Shown here one piece after another: positions 1-8,495 of a stretch of DNA of 36,816 bases. The notes beneath the pieces are model-generated. The model had not been told where the DNA came from and searched no databases. It saw nothing but the letters and a program-made list of their open reading frames with translations. The position numbers and the translations under genes were made by a program. Source of the DNA: a virus; IMG/VR virus record IMGVR_UViG_3300035698_033253. One strand, given 5' to 3'. Within the stretch, counting starts at the first letter, position 1. Each line of letters begins with the position of its first letter.

Positions 1-1317
1 GCAAAATGGTGCAATCAAAAATTAGGAGTTCCGTTTGTTCAAACTCGTTGGTTTGTTTTTGAGGATTTGCAAAAGATGGAAGATTATGTTGACAATCTCG
101 ATTATGAGGTTGATGGCATTGTTCTTTCTATTAACGATTTTGAAATCCAAGAACAAATGGGTCGATCTGGTGATTCCAAAACCGGAAATCCAAAAGGCAA
201 AATTGCTTGGAAGTTTCGAGAAGAAGAAGGACACCCTATTGTTAAGAATATCGTTTGGCAAATAGGGCGCACAGGAAAAGTTGTTCCTGTTGCTGAGTTT
301 GATCCGGTGCATTTGGCTGGGACAAATGTGTCGCGAGTTACGTTGCATAATGTTGGACAAATGAAAAAATGGGGAATTGTTGAAGGAACTAAAATTCGTG
401 TAATTAAAGCTGGCAAAATAATCCCCAAGGTTATCGGGGTGGTTTCTGGATCTTCCAAAAAGGCGAATCGTTGGATTCCCGATCAATGTCCAGTGTGTAT
501 GAGTAAATTAGAATTGGTAAGGGGAAAGGGTGCAAAAGTTAAAACAGAGGAATTGTATTGTAGAAATAGGGCTTGCCCTGCCAAGAATATCAGTGGACTC
601 CAACATTATTTAGACAATATTGGTGTATTGGGAATTGGCGAAAGCATCATTTCTTCATTGATATGTGGTAATGTTGTTAAAGATCCTTGTGATTTTTATG
701 GATTGGATCTTCAAGAAGTGAAGTCTTGTGGACTTAGTTCTCGTCAAGCTCTATTGGTATTGGCTTCTATATGGATGATTCCCAATCCGTCAAAAGAAAA
801 AGATGATGCCGCATTACTCAAGAGAATTGAAATAGCACAAAAGAAAAAAGTAAAGGTTCCTGCGTGGAAGTTATTCGCCGCCCTTGGCATATCTACAGCA
901 GGTAAGGCGGCGGGTAAAGCCTTAATGATTAAACTTCGTAGTTTTGATGCTGTCAGAAAAGCAAATGCCCAAGAAATGTCTCAAATTGAGGATATTGGAG
1001 ATCAGACAGCTAAAATCGTGGTTGGATATTTATCTATTCATGAGGAAATGATTGATTGTTTGCTCGAATATATTGAACCAGAACCACTCCAAGAAGGAAA
1101 ATTAAGTGGGAAAAAGTTTTGCCTTTCTGGAGGTTTTGATGAAGGTAAAAAACATTGGGAGAGTCTGATTGAAGCACAAGGTGGTAAGTGTAGTGGTAGC
1201 GTAAGTAAAAACACAGCCTATCTTGTTGCTGGTGATGGTTCTGGGTCTAAAACTGCAAAAGCCAAAGATTTAGGCGTAGCCATTATTGATGTGAATCAAT
1301 TGCAAAAATTGTTGTAA
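1..1317 (+). CDS. ligA: NAD+-dependent DNA ligase (LigA), C-terminal ~435 aa; 5' end cut by window edge
   Basis: Frame is open to position 1. Cys4 zinc finger (CPVCMSKLE...CRNRAC), HhH-type region and C-terminal BRCT-like domain (GKKFCLSGGF...AYLVAGDGSGSKTAKAKDLGVAIIDVNQL). OB-fold-like segment KIRVIKAGKIIPKV. Confidence 0.9.
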   Translation, partial: AKWCNQKLGVPFVQTRWFVFEDLQKMEDYVDNLDYEVDGIVLSINDFEIQEQMGRSGDSKTGNPKGKIAWKFREEEGHPIVKNIVWQIGRTGKVVPVAEFDPVHLAGTNVSRVTLHNVGQMKKWGIVEGTKIRVIKAGKIIPKVIGVVSGSSKKANRWIPDQCPVCMSKLELVRGKGAKVKTEELYCRNRACPAKNISGLQHYLDNIGVLGIGESIISSLICGNVVKDPCDFYGLDLQEVKSCGLSSRQALLVLASIWMIPNPSKEKDDAALLKRIEIAQKKKVKVPAWKLFAALGISTAGKAAGKALMIKLRSFDAVRKANAQEMSQIEDIGDQTAKIVVGYLSIHEEMIDCLLEYIEPEPLQEGKLSGKKFCLSGGFDEGKKHWESLIEAQGGKCSGSVSKNTAYLVAGDGSGSKTAKAKDLGVAIIDVNQLQKLL

Positions 1318-1391
1318 AACTCTCACAATTTTAATTAATTTATAGGAAAGAAGCAGCAGGTAAAAAATAATGACGGAGATTAAGTGAAAAA

Positions 1392-1826
1392 ATGGAAGTT
1401 AAGTGTAGTGTAGTTTCTACTCCAGAGATAATGCAGCAAGTAGCCAACGAGATGATTAATGTTGCGCGAGCTAATCCTGTAGATCGAGGTGGGTTAGAAC
1501 GTACAGCTTTACTTGCTAAACAAGCAGGCGATGCTGAAGTAGAAATGCATGGTCCGATGATGCGGGTTGTAGGCGGGCAAATTATGCCAGGGTTGGAGCG
1601 ATATGTAAAATTTATTTATGCGGCACAACCGTTACAAATCACATATTTTGAATACAGCTTAGACGACGACAAGGTTATTAGGCAGCTTGTGATTTCCGAT
1701 CTCAATAAAAACGAAGTAGAGCCAAGTGTTTGTTTGTTTGTTGCAGAAGGATTTCTTAATATAGACGACAGAGTGTTGGAAATGGAGTCTCCTTCTCACG
1801 TTAGAGTTTTGTTGCAAGCAGTGTGA
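1392..1826 (+). CDS. hypothetical protein (144 aa)
   Basis: ATG ORF with purine-rich leader; no recognisable motifs. Confidence 0.45.
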   Translation: MEVKCSVVSTPEIMQQVANEMINVARANPVDRGGLERTALLAKQAGDAEVEMHGPMMRVVGGQIMPGLERYVKFIYAAQPLQITYFEYSLDDDKVIRQLVISDLNKNEVEPSVCLFVAEGFLNIDDRVLEMESPSHVRVLLQAV

Positions 1827-1827
1827 A

Positions 1828-2811
1828 TTAATACAAAGATCCGTCACAAAATACTATTTTTTCAACTGGCGAATTCCAAGGAACATTATATATTTTTTTA
1901 ATTTCAACTGGTGGAATACCACCATACATTATTTTAATAGTTGATCCCAAAACATTGTTTAAATTTTGGTAATTTTTGTGGTTTACTTTTTGTACATTTT
2001 CGAGAGCGTACCGATGTCCACCGTACCAATGTAATCCAATTGAATCTTTAGTGTATTTGCTTATATCATTGTTTAGATGGATAGCTTTTATCATAAAAGC
2101 GTCATATGAATAGACTGTATCTAAGGATATGTTTTTAACTTGTCCAGTTAAAGAAGGAAAGGTATATTCTATATGTTGGACGGTGGGAAATTTTTTGTTA
2201 AATAAAAGAGCACCAAGGGTTTGATAATTGTTGTGATCGAATTTTTCAGGTTTTTTAATAATGTATTTAGATTTCTTAATAATATATTTGTAGTATGGCG
2301 TATCAGGGGCGGCTAACAAAAAACCAATAGAGTGTTTATATTTGGGATGTATAGAAATTCCAATTTTGGTTTCACAATTATCTATTGTATTGATGTCGAG
2401 ATGTGTTATTGGTCTGAAATATATAATATCCATATCAGACCACAATCCACCAATAGTATTTAATAAGTTCCATCTGAAGAAGTCAGACTTGTAAACTTCG
2501 CGGTGTTGGTAAAAATTATTGAATTTGAAGTCTAGATTGGTTTTTATAATTTCTATAGATTTGTTTGCTTTTAGAATTGGATAATAATCTTTGCCTGTGA
2601 ATTGAAATGTGGTTTGAGCATTCTCGCCCAATTCACTGGGCTGGTTGACTAAGGCTCCAACATATATATCTGTGGGGACGTGCAGAATGATACGCCAATC
2701 CGGATTGTATTTGCGGAAACTATACAAAGATAAATATCTTAAAAAAGGGAGTTTGTCATTCCCCCAATAAAAATGAGCCATCTTTGGTATGTAAGTGAGC
2801 AGCCACTTCAT
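1828..2811 (-). CDS. glycosyltransferase, DXD sugar-binding type (Gly_transf_sug/OCH1-like)
   Basis: N-terminal MAHFYWGNDKLP...YNPDW motif typical of DXD-containing sugar-binding glycosyltransferases; WSDMDIIYF (DxD). Likely true start is the internal Met (MAHFYWG, ~2781). Confidence 0.65.
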   Translation of the reverse strand: MKWLLTYIPKMAHFYWGNDKLPFLRYLSLYSFRKYNPDWRIILHVPTDIYVGALVNQPSELGENAQTTFQFTGKDYYPILKANKSIEIIKTNLDFKFNNFYQHREVYKSDFFRWNLLNTIGGLWSDMDIIYFRPITHLDINTIDNCETKIGISIHPKYKHSIGFLLAAPDTPYYKYIIKKSKYIIKKPEKFDHNNYQTLGALLFNKKFPTVQHIEYTFPSLTGQVKNISLDTVYSYDAFMIKAIHLNNDISKYTKDSIGLHWYGGHRYALENVQKVNHKNYQNLNNVLGSTIKIMYGGIPPVEIKKIYNVPWNSPVEKIVFCDGSLY

Positions 2812-3784
2812 TTATTCTCCATTCATTGTTGTTTAGGACTCCCCATTCTTTGTTTTGGTTACGTATGATAATTCCTTTATCTTTTTTGTATTCATATAGA
2901 TCTTTATTTTGGTCGTGTCTTTTTTGCAATTCTTTATTTTTAAATTCTCTACCTAATTTTTGATGTCGTTCATGAAATAAATGAACTACACAACAATCTA
3001 TTTTAACATATTTACATCCATTTTCTTGCAGACGATCAACAAGATCGGCGTCGTCGAATGCTATGCCTGCAAAATCTTCATCGTAACCTCCAATGTCTAC
3101 AAATTCCTTTGTATGTACTCCCAAAAAAAAGGGAAGGTTAGTGTGAAGTGAAGCCATAGTCATTTTGGAATTGTTATACATTATTTCATGTTTGGCATTT
3201 CCATACCGATCAGCGCTGGAACACATTAGATTTATAGAACCAGCAGGTGGTGTTGAACGTATGCAGTTTAAAAATTCTTCATGGATGTCATCATAACCAT
3301 AGGGAATAACTATGACTTTTTGACGTTGTTTAATTTCATAAATAGTTTTTTGTAAGATGTCATCGTTTAAATGGAAGATTTCTGGACCAGTTATAATAAG
3401 ATATTTGCCTTTTGCTTGTTTGGCTCCTATATTTAACGGGAATCCTGGGCATCGCCATTTGATTTCGTTGGGTTTGTTACGTTGTCCAGTGAAGATGTAT
3501 CGTATGTTTAGTATGTTTTCAAATTCTTTACATATGTATTTGGTATCATCTTCTAACCCATCATTTAAAACTAATATTTCACATGGATAAGAACAGTGAA
3601 TAATTGCTTTGGATAAAGAATTCAAACCTATCTTTAACAATTCCGCACGTTGAAAGCACGGAATTAAAATAGAACATATTGTGTTTTTATCTCTCATAAT
3701 GGTTGTATCCTGTAAAAATACAATATATTTATGGTTTAGGGTTGACATAATTTCGACACATGCTAAAATCACATAGTGTAACAT
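2756..3784 (-). CDS. family 2 glycosyltransferase (GT-A fold)
   Basis: ICSILIPCFQRAELLKIGLNSL...EILVLNDGLEDDT matches the GT2 N-terminal nucleotide-sugar binding pattern (IPxYN...L...S..Q...ExIVVDDGSxD); internal DDAD motif. Confidence 0.75.
   Translation of the reverse strand: MLHYVILACVEIMSTLNHKYIVFLQDTTIMRDKNTICSILIPCFQRAELLKIGLNSLSKAIIHCSYPCEILVLNDGLEDDTKYICKEFENILNIRYIFTGQRNKPNEIKWRCPGFPLNIGAKQAKGKYLIITGPEIFHLNDDILQKTIYEIKQRQKVIVIPYGYDDIHEEFLNCIRSTPPAGSINLMCSSADRYGNAKHEIMYNNSKMTMASLHTNLPFFLGVHTKEFVDIGGYDEDFAGIAFDDADLVDRLQENGCKYVKIDCCVVHLFHERHQKLGREFKNKELQKRHDQNKDLYEYKKDKGIIIRNQNKEWGVLNNNEWRINEVAAHLHTKDGSFLLGE
3742..3769 (+). promoter_or_regulatory. sigma70-type promoter (TTGACA - 16 nt - TAAAAT) for the + strand gene at 3806
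   Basis: TTGACA at 3742-3747 and TAAAAT at 3764-3769 with 16-nt spacer, ~35 nt upstream of the ATG. Confidence 0.55.
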
Positions 3785-3805
3785 TTACAAGAAAATAGGT
3801 GAAAT

Positions 3806-4333
3806 ATGAAAATTACTGGTTTCAAAATCATTGAGGTTCTTAAGCGAGCCAAGCGTAGAGTAAACACAATTGAGGGGCAGTTTAAAGAAAGCATATTTGC
3901 TTTTGCCGATGAAGAGAAATTAACCCCCCAACAGATTATTACTAATTTCACCAACGCGCAATTTCAACGGTGTAGATTAGAAGAACTCCAGCAGGCATTC
4001 AATAGTCAAACCATAGTTCAGGTTGGAGGGATGCCTATGTCAATGACTTTGGCCGTTAAGTTGGTTGGCATGAGTGATAAGGTTGTTGATTTTTGGCATT
4101 CGGCAGCGACTACTACTGGTAGAGACAGATGGTCCCCATCTGACCATCTTAAGAGAGATAAAGATTCCGAATATGCTCGTCGCGTAATTGATACAGTAAA
4201 GGCAACAGAGATGGCTGATAAAGCAGCAGAGTATTCTGCCTCACTTCGTTCTGCAATTTCAGAAGGTAATACAAATAAAATTTCTATTGGCGAAGGAACG
4301 GATTTTCCTAACGCATCCGAATTGTTTGAGTAA
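3806..4333 (+). CDS. hypothetical protein (175 aa)
   Basis: ATG with AGGTGA leader, directly downstream of a sigma70-type -35/-10 pair. Confidence 0.5.
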   Translation: MKITGFKIIEVLKRAKRRVNTIEGQFKESIFAFADEEKLTPQQIITNFTNAQFQRCRLEELQQAFNSQTIVQVGGMPMSMTLAVKLVGMSDKVVDFWHSAATTTGRDRWSPSDHLKRDKDSEYARRVIDTVKATEMADKAAEYSASLRSAISEGNTNKISIGEGTDFPNASELFE

Positions 4334-4515
4334 TGGAGTTGGTCAAAGAAATTTGACTTGATTCCCGGCAGGATTTCATTTACATGAATATCCTAGACCC
4401 TTTAAGGGCTGACTTTTGTTTTGGCTCAATGTCATTCAGCAAGTTAAGAATGACTCCAAAAAATCAAAAAGATCGGTAAAACTTAAGCTCTAGCTTGTCC
4501 TGCCGTTATAACAAA

Positions 4516-4548
4516 CCCCTCTCTAGAACTAGAGAGGGGTTTTCTTTA
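4516..4548 (+). terminator. rho-independent terminator
   Basis: CCCCTCTCTAG-AA-CTAGAGAGGGG followed by TTTTCTTTATT. Confidence 0.8.
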
Positions 4549-4578
4549 TTTAATGGACTTTACAATAATAAGATAATG

Positions 4579-4592
4579 GGCTATAATAGTAA
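4579..4592 (+). promoter_or_regulatory. promoter-like motif CTATAATAGTAATG upstream of the sigma-factor gene
   Basis: Shares the core TATAATAG(T/A)A with three other sites in the window. Confidence 0.4.
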
Positions 4593-4655
4593 TGTGAAAA
4601 GTGTAGCGCCATGGTTAAGCATCATGGATTATCCATAACTCCGTCGATGAATTAA

Positions 4656-5246
4656 ATGTCATTAATTTCAGCAGAAATTCCTGTTGTTGGTTTGCCTTTT
4701 CGTATTGCACAAGAAATTACATATGAGCAAGAATCCGTGGAAGAAAATCTTTCATTGGTTAAAATGGTTGTGTGTAGTGAATTTCCATCTAATATTCCAA
4801 TAGAAGATACTGAAGAATATGCTGATGGTTGTATTGGTTTGGTTCGAGCTTGTGAAAAATATGATTTCAGGGGTAAATTTTCCACCTTTGCTATTCCGCT
4901 AATTCGTCATGCTATAATTGAGGAAAAACGGAAACAAGGTTGTCGAAGAAAAACACAACTTAAAATTGAGCAATTGGGATATGATGATTGTAAAATAGAA
5001 GCACATTATAAAAACCCAACAGTGACGTTGGAGCAAATTAGATTGATGTTGGCTCCAAATCCTAGTGATACTTTAACGAATAAGAGAGATAAAAAGGCGG
5101 TGTATTTGCATTTTTTGGATCAAAAAAATTATGCCGAAATTGGAAGAAAAATGCGTCTTACTCGTGAAGCTGTGCGTCAAGCAGTAGAACGTGGGATTAG
5201 ATCATTAAGGACAAAATATTTAAAAGAGTTAGAGAATAATGGCTGA
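4656..5246 (+). CDS. sigma-70 family RNA polymerase sigma factor (regions 2 and 4)
   Basis: Region 2-like DGCIGLVRACEKYDFRGKFSTFAIPLIRHAIIE and region 4 HTH YLHFLDQKNYAEIGRKMRLTREAVRQAVERGIRSLR. Stop overlaps the next start (ATGGCTGA). Confidence 0.75.
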   Translation: MSLISAEIPVVGLPFRIAQEITYEQESVEENLSLVKMVVCSEFPSNIPIEDTEEYADGCIGLVRACEKYDFRGKFSTFAIPLIRHAIIEEKRKQGCRRKTQLKIEQLGYDDCKIEAHYKNPTVTLEQIRLMLAPNPSDTLTNKRDKKAVYLHFLDQKNYAEIGRKMRLTREAVRQAVERGIRSLRTKYLKELENNG

Positions 5247-6108
5247 ATCCGAACTAAAAAGACTATATCAATCTGTAATTAATAAAGTAATCACAGGTAT
5301 GCATGTTAGAGCGCAAAATGAAGTTAAAATTGTTGCCAAAAAATACATAGAAGAAACTCCGCCAATAATTTTACCTACGGGTACTTGTATTTATGATCCT
5401 GGAGAAGGAACAAGACAGTCTTCTATTGTTGTTGTAGATCCTCCGCGTGTTAGAACTTTGAATATTTGGCCTGTGATAGAATTAGATCCAGAGCAGGAAC
5501 TTGAAGATCGTCATTTTCCCTTGTGTTGTTCAAAAAAATATCATGTTGCTTTGCCATATGTGGCTTTTTTCTTCAAATTACTTAAGAAGCAAGACCGTTC
5601 GGGTAGTTGGTTTCATATTAGTTCTGTGAAAGTGGCGTTTTTGAAAAAACCGCTTATTTCTTACGATCAAGAGATATACAATCCTATTTTATCAAATATA
5701 GATTTTTCTTTGGACGTTTGTATGGGTGATTTTGATTATCGGCAAGATCGAACTTTACAAGAAAGTGTGGATGCTTGTCGTTTGAGTTTTTGGAATTCTG
5801 TTTTTACGCGCGATTATTCAACAGGATTTTTTGAAATATCACTAAGGGATTCAAACTTTTCATCACTTGCTAAGTGGGAAAGTTGGAGTAAAAAAACACC
5901 TCTTTATGCTTTGGCTGCCCCTTATCGTTATCGTTGTACACTTGGTGATTTTTTGATAAGATACGATTTTATTTCTTCGCCAGAATGGATACAAGGTAAC
6001 ATTTTAAAAAGAGTTGTTGATAGATTTGATACAAACTCCAGAGACACAATCATTGATTGGGCTGTGAATAAGCATAACAAAATCAACAAATCAAAAAAAT
6101 ACTTTTGA
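5239..6108 (+). CDS. hypothetical protein (289 aa), translationally coupled to the sigma factor
   Basis: ATG overlaps the sigma-factor stop. Contains HFPLCCSKKYH, a weak resemblance to an E2/UBC HPN-Cys active site that cannot be confirmed from sequence. Confidence 0.5.
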   Translation: MAESELKRLYQSVINKVITGMHVRAQNEVKIVAKKYIEETPPIILPTGTCIYDPGEGTRQSSIVVVDPPRVRTLNIWPVIELDPEQELEDRHFPLCCSKKYHVALPYVAFFFKLLKKQDRSGSWFHISSVKVAFLKKPLISYDQEIYNPILSNIDFSLDVCMGDFDYRQDRTLQESVDACRLSFWNSVFTRDYSTGFFEISLRDSNFSSLAKWESWSKKTPLYALAAPYRYRCTLGDFLIRYDFISSPEWIQGNILKRVVDRFDTNSRDTIIDWAVNKHNKINKSKKYF

Positions 6109-6132
6109 TTGAACTTTACAACAACAAAAAAC

Positions 6133-6147
6133 AAGAGTATAATAGTA
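6133..6147 (+). promoter_or_regulatory. promoter-like motif AAGAGTATAATAGTA upstream of the JAB-E1-Ubl operon
   Basis: AGAGTATAATAG core identical to the two copies at 17737-17750 and 17816-17829. Confidence 0.45.
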
Positions 6148-6159
6148 ACATCACTGTGA

Positions 6160-6191
6160 GAAAACTGGAAAACTGGAAAACTGGAAAACTG
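6160..6191 (+). repeat. 4 x tandem 8-bp repeat GAAAACTG in the leader of the JAB operon
   Basis: Perfect GAAAACTG x4 between the promoter-like TATAAT (6138-6143) and the ATG at 6224. Confidence 0.9.
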
Positions 6192-6223
6192 GAAAACTGA
6201 TCTTTTTCAAAGAGAGAGAACTA

Positions 6224-7318
6224 ATGTCTGAAAAGAAAAAAGTGCGTCCTGTATTGGCAATTCCGATTTATGTGTTGGTTGAGGACGATGCGTTGGTGCT
6301 TCCGACAGCTACGTTGGAGTACTGTAAGCCGAGCGAATTGCCTAAAGAAGGCAATTTCTATGTCCTGACCAGAGAAGGTCTTCAGGTCAATAAGGACACA
6401 AAGATCATTAAGGCTTTGTCGCCCGTCAAGGAAATTCCAGTTTTGGCTAGTTTTGCTGCTGCTGCCAAGCTGCGACTTCCAAAGATTCCGTCGCTTATTT
6501 TGGCGAGGGCTTGGAATTTTTTCGCTCAAATCTACAAGGAACATCACAGCGAGAGTGAGTTGATGATCCTATACAATTCGGACGAACGGTTGTATGATTT
6601 GTGGTGTCCCAAACAAGAGGTGTCGTTTGGTGGTGTAGAGTATGAGATGAGCGAGGAGTTGGCTGCCACTCCCAAAGAATGGAAAAATGTTGGAACCATT
6701 CATAGTCATGCTGATTTCGGTGCTTATCATAGTTCTACCGATGTTCATGACGAGAAGGATTCGGATGGACTCCATATTACGGTTGGACACGTTAACCAAA
6801 ATTGCTGTTCTCTAAGTTGTTCTGTGGCTATCGGTGGCGAGCGTTGGAAACTACCGCCAGAAAACATCTTGCTTGGGATCTCTCGTGGAGAGGGAGAAAA
6901 GAAGCAGTATTTGGTGAATGTTAAAAACCAAAACGAATACTTCTCCGTAGATTTATCTCCCGAAGAGCAGGTTCTTATGGACGGCGCATGTGCCGACCAA
7001 ATCGAAAACGATTGGTTCCCGCGTGTCGAAAAGAAAACCTATGGTTACCAACAAGGCAACTATAGTAGTGGCGGATATATGGGTTACCAAACTACTTGGA
7101 CTCGCGAAGAGGATGCAGACTTTCCAGAGGAAGAGGAAGCTGGAGAGTGGGTGTTGAAGATGGGATCGTGGGTATTTGTTGCTGACGAAGATGCCGAGAT
7201 TGCCGATGTTCCCGAGATTGCCGATGTTCCCGAGATTGCCGATGGCAAACTCATGCAACAAACAGATGACGAAGACAAGCGTAGCGATGATATCGCCAAA
7301 GCTGGAGGCAATGAATAA
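6224..7318 (+). CDS. JAB/MPN+ (JAMM) metalloprotease domain protein with acidic repeat C-terminus
   Basis: Canonical JAMM motif HxHx7Sx2D (IHSHADFGAYHSSTD) with upstream Glu (EYEMSEE). C-terminal AEIADVPEIADVPEIADGK tandem repeats. ATG with AGAGAGAGAA leader. Confidence 0.85.
   Translation: MSEKKKVRPVLAIPIYVLVEDDALVLPTATLEYCKPSELPKEGNFYVLTREGLQVNKDTKIIKALSPVKEIPVLASFAAAAKLRLPKIPSLILARAWNFFAQIYKEHHSESELMILYNSDERLYDLWCPKQEVSFGGVEYEMSEELAATPKEWKNVGTIHSHADFGAYHSSTDVHDEKDSDGLHITVGHVNQNCCSLSCSVAIGGERWKLPPENILLGISRGEGEKKQYLVNVKNQNEYFSVDLSPEEQVLMDGACADQIENDWFPRVEKKTYGYQQGNYSSGGYMGYQTTWTREEDADFPEEEEAGEWVLKMGSWVFVADEDAEIADVPEIADVPEIADGKLMQQTDDEDKRSDDIAKAGGNE
7196..7245 (+). repeat. 18-bp in-frame tandem repeat x2.8 (GAGATTGCCGATGTTCCC) in the JAB gene C-terminus
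   Basis: Encodes EIADVP-EIADVP-EIADG. Confidence 0.9.
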
Positions 7319-7320
7319 AA

Positions 7321-8064
7321 ATGGAGATTCCCCAAAAATTACGGGTGAAGGTGATTGGAGCGGGTGGTATTGGCGGTTGTTTGTTGGGAGTGCTTTGTCA
7401 ACTTCTTAATTATGGTTCGTCATTGTATAGTTTCGACGACGTTGATGTCGGACTTATTGATGGTGACGAATACGAAGAAAGAAATCGAGATCGTCAAAAC
7501 TTTTCTGAGCGAGGTAATAAGTCGGAGGTTACTATAAGGGGTTTGCAAGAAAGTTATCCCAACCTTTTTTTCAAATCTCATCCGACTTATATCACCGAAG
7601 AAAATGCGGGAATGCTAATTAATGATGGTGACGTGGTTTTTCTTTGTGTGGACAACCACAAAACCAGAAAATTGGTGTCTCGATATTGCGAGGACAATTT
7701 ACAAAACGTTGTTCTCTTGAGTGGTGGAAACGACCTGACAGACGGAAATGTTCAGGTATTCATTCGAAAAGATGGATGGAACCAAACCCTTCCACTTGAT
7801 AGCGTTTATCACCCGGAAATTAACGATCCCCAGGACGAACATCCTGATGAGGTCGAGGTAAGAGAGGGTTGTTTGGAACAAGCTGCAAGCACTCCACAAC
7901 TGCTCGTTGCCAACAATATGGCCGCCGCCGCAATGTTGAATTCATTCCACGGGTGGTTAACTGGCGTGTTCGATGGACCGTTCAGATACGATGAAGCGTT
8001 CTTCGATCTGGGCACTAACAAAGTACGACCTGTAAGTCGAGAAAAGAAAATAAGGAGTAAGTAA
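7321..8064 (+). CDS. E1-like (ThiF/MoeB/UBA family) activating enzyme
   Basis: Rossmann nucleotide loop VKVIGAGGIGG followed by DGDEYEERNRDRQ (equivalent of the D-x-D...N-R-Q adenylation motif). Starts 2 nt after the JAB stop with a GGAGG leader. Confidence 0.8.
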   Translation: MEIPQKLRVKVIGAGGIGGCLLGVLCQLLNYGSSLYSFDDVDVGLIDGDEYEERNRDRQNFSERGNKSEVTIRGLQESYPNLFFKSHPTYITEENAGMLINDGDVVFLCVDNHKTRKLVSRYCEDNLQNVVLLSGGNDLTDGNVQVFIRKDGWNQTLPLDSVYHPEINDPQDEHPDEVEVREGCLEQAASTPQLLVANNMAAAAMLNSFHGWLTGVFDGPFRYDEAFFDLGTNKVRPVSREKKIRSK

Positions 8065-8065
8065 A

Positions 8066-8419
8066 ATGGCTGGAAAAAAGCAACTTCCCCCGGATAAAAA
8101 ACCCGGCACTGGTGGTGGTGGTCCTGGTTTTGGTCAGGATGGCGAGGAAAAAGTCGAACGTACCGATGCTATGAAAGCGGTCAAGAAAGCCGATCAAGCA
8201 TTGGGAGCAGTGAACGTTGTTTATGGCGCTCACGATTTGGATATGGATTTGGCGGGACTCACCGTTGAAGAGATCCAAATGGCTCTTAAGGACGTGTTGA
8301 ATGTAGATGAGGGCGTTGAAGCATACGTCGATGGAACCCTCATTGAAAACAAAGGCGACTTCAAGTTGCAACACGGTCAGCGGCTTGAATTCATGAAAGA
8401 AGCCGGTCAAAAGGGGTAA
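8066..8419 (+). CDS. small Gly-rich protein with C-terminal beta-grasp (ThiS/MoaD/ubiquitin-like) segment
   Basis: Starts 1 nt after the E1 stop (AAGGAG leader). C-terminal VDGTLIENKGDFKLQHGQRLEFMKEAG-QKG resembles the ThiS/MoaD terminal strand pattern (V.G..I......L..GD.L.F...AGG) with a short extension. A hairpin follows at 8444-8474. Confidence 0.5.
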   Translation: MAGKKQLPPDKKPGTGGGGPGFGQDGEEKVERTDAMKAVKKADQALGAVNVVYGAHDLDMDLAGLTVEEIQMALKDVLNVDEGVEAYVDGTLIENKGDFKLQHGQRLEFMKEAGQKG

Positions 8420-8443
8420 CCTTTTCTGGTTGGGAAGGTAAAA

Positions 8444-8474
8444 ATCACCCCTGCGGGTTTTTCGCAGGGGTGAT
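8444..8474 (+). terminator. hairpin (12-bp stem) closing the JAB-E1-Ubl operon; weak U-tract
   Basis: ATCACCCCTGCG-GGTTTTT-CGCAGGGGTGAT, then TGATTTT. Confidence 0.6.
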
Positions 8475-8495
8475 TGATTTTAATGAGGTTGAAAT

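Noticed and set aside
22-486. Minus-strand ORFs (22-486, 102-458) antisense to the DNA ligase gene
   Set aside because: They lie entirely inside a confidently identified, conserved LigA coding region on the opposite strand. Low-complexity translations. Spurious.
6160-6191. Possible CRISPR array
   Set aside because: There are only 8-bp units with no spacers. No CRISPR-like repeat-spacer architecture occurs anywhere in the window.
6953-7409. Overlapping ORFs (6953-7261 -, 7084-7335 -, 7176-7409 +) with repetitive peptides
   Set aside because: They are alternative-frame or antisense translations of the 18-bp repeat inside the JAB gene.
8066-8419. Calling the small protein a bona fide ubiquitin/ThiS with a GG terminus
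   Set aside because: The C-terminus is ...EAGQKG, not GG. I kept it as a beta-grasp-like candidate only, pending structure prediction.
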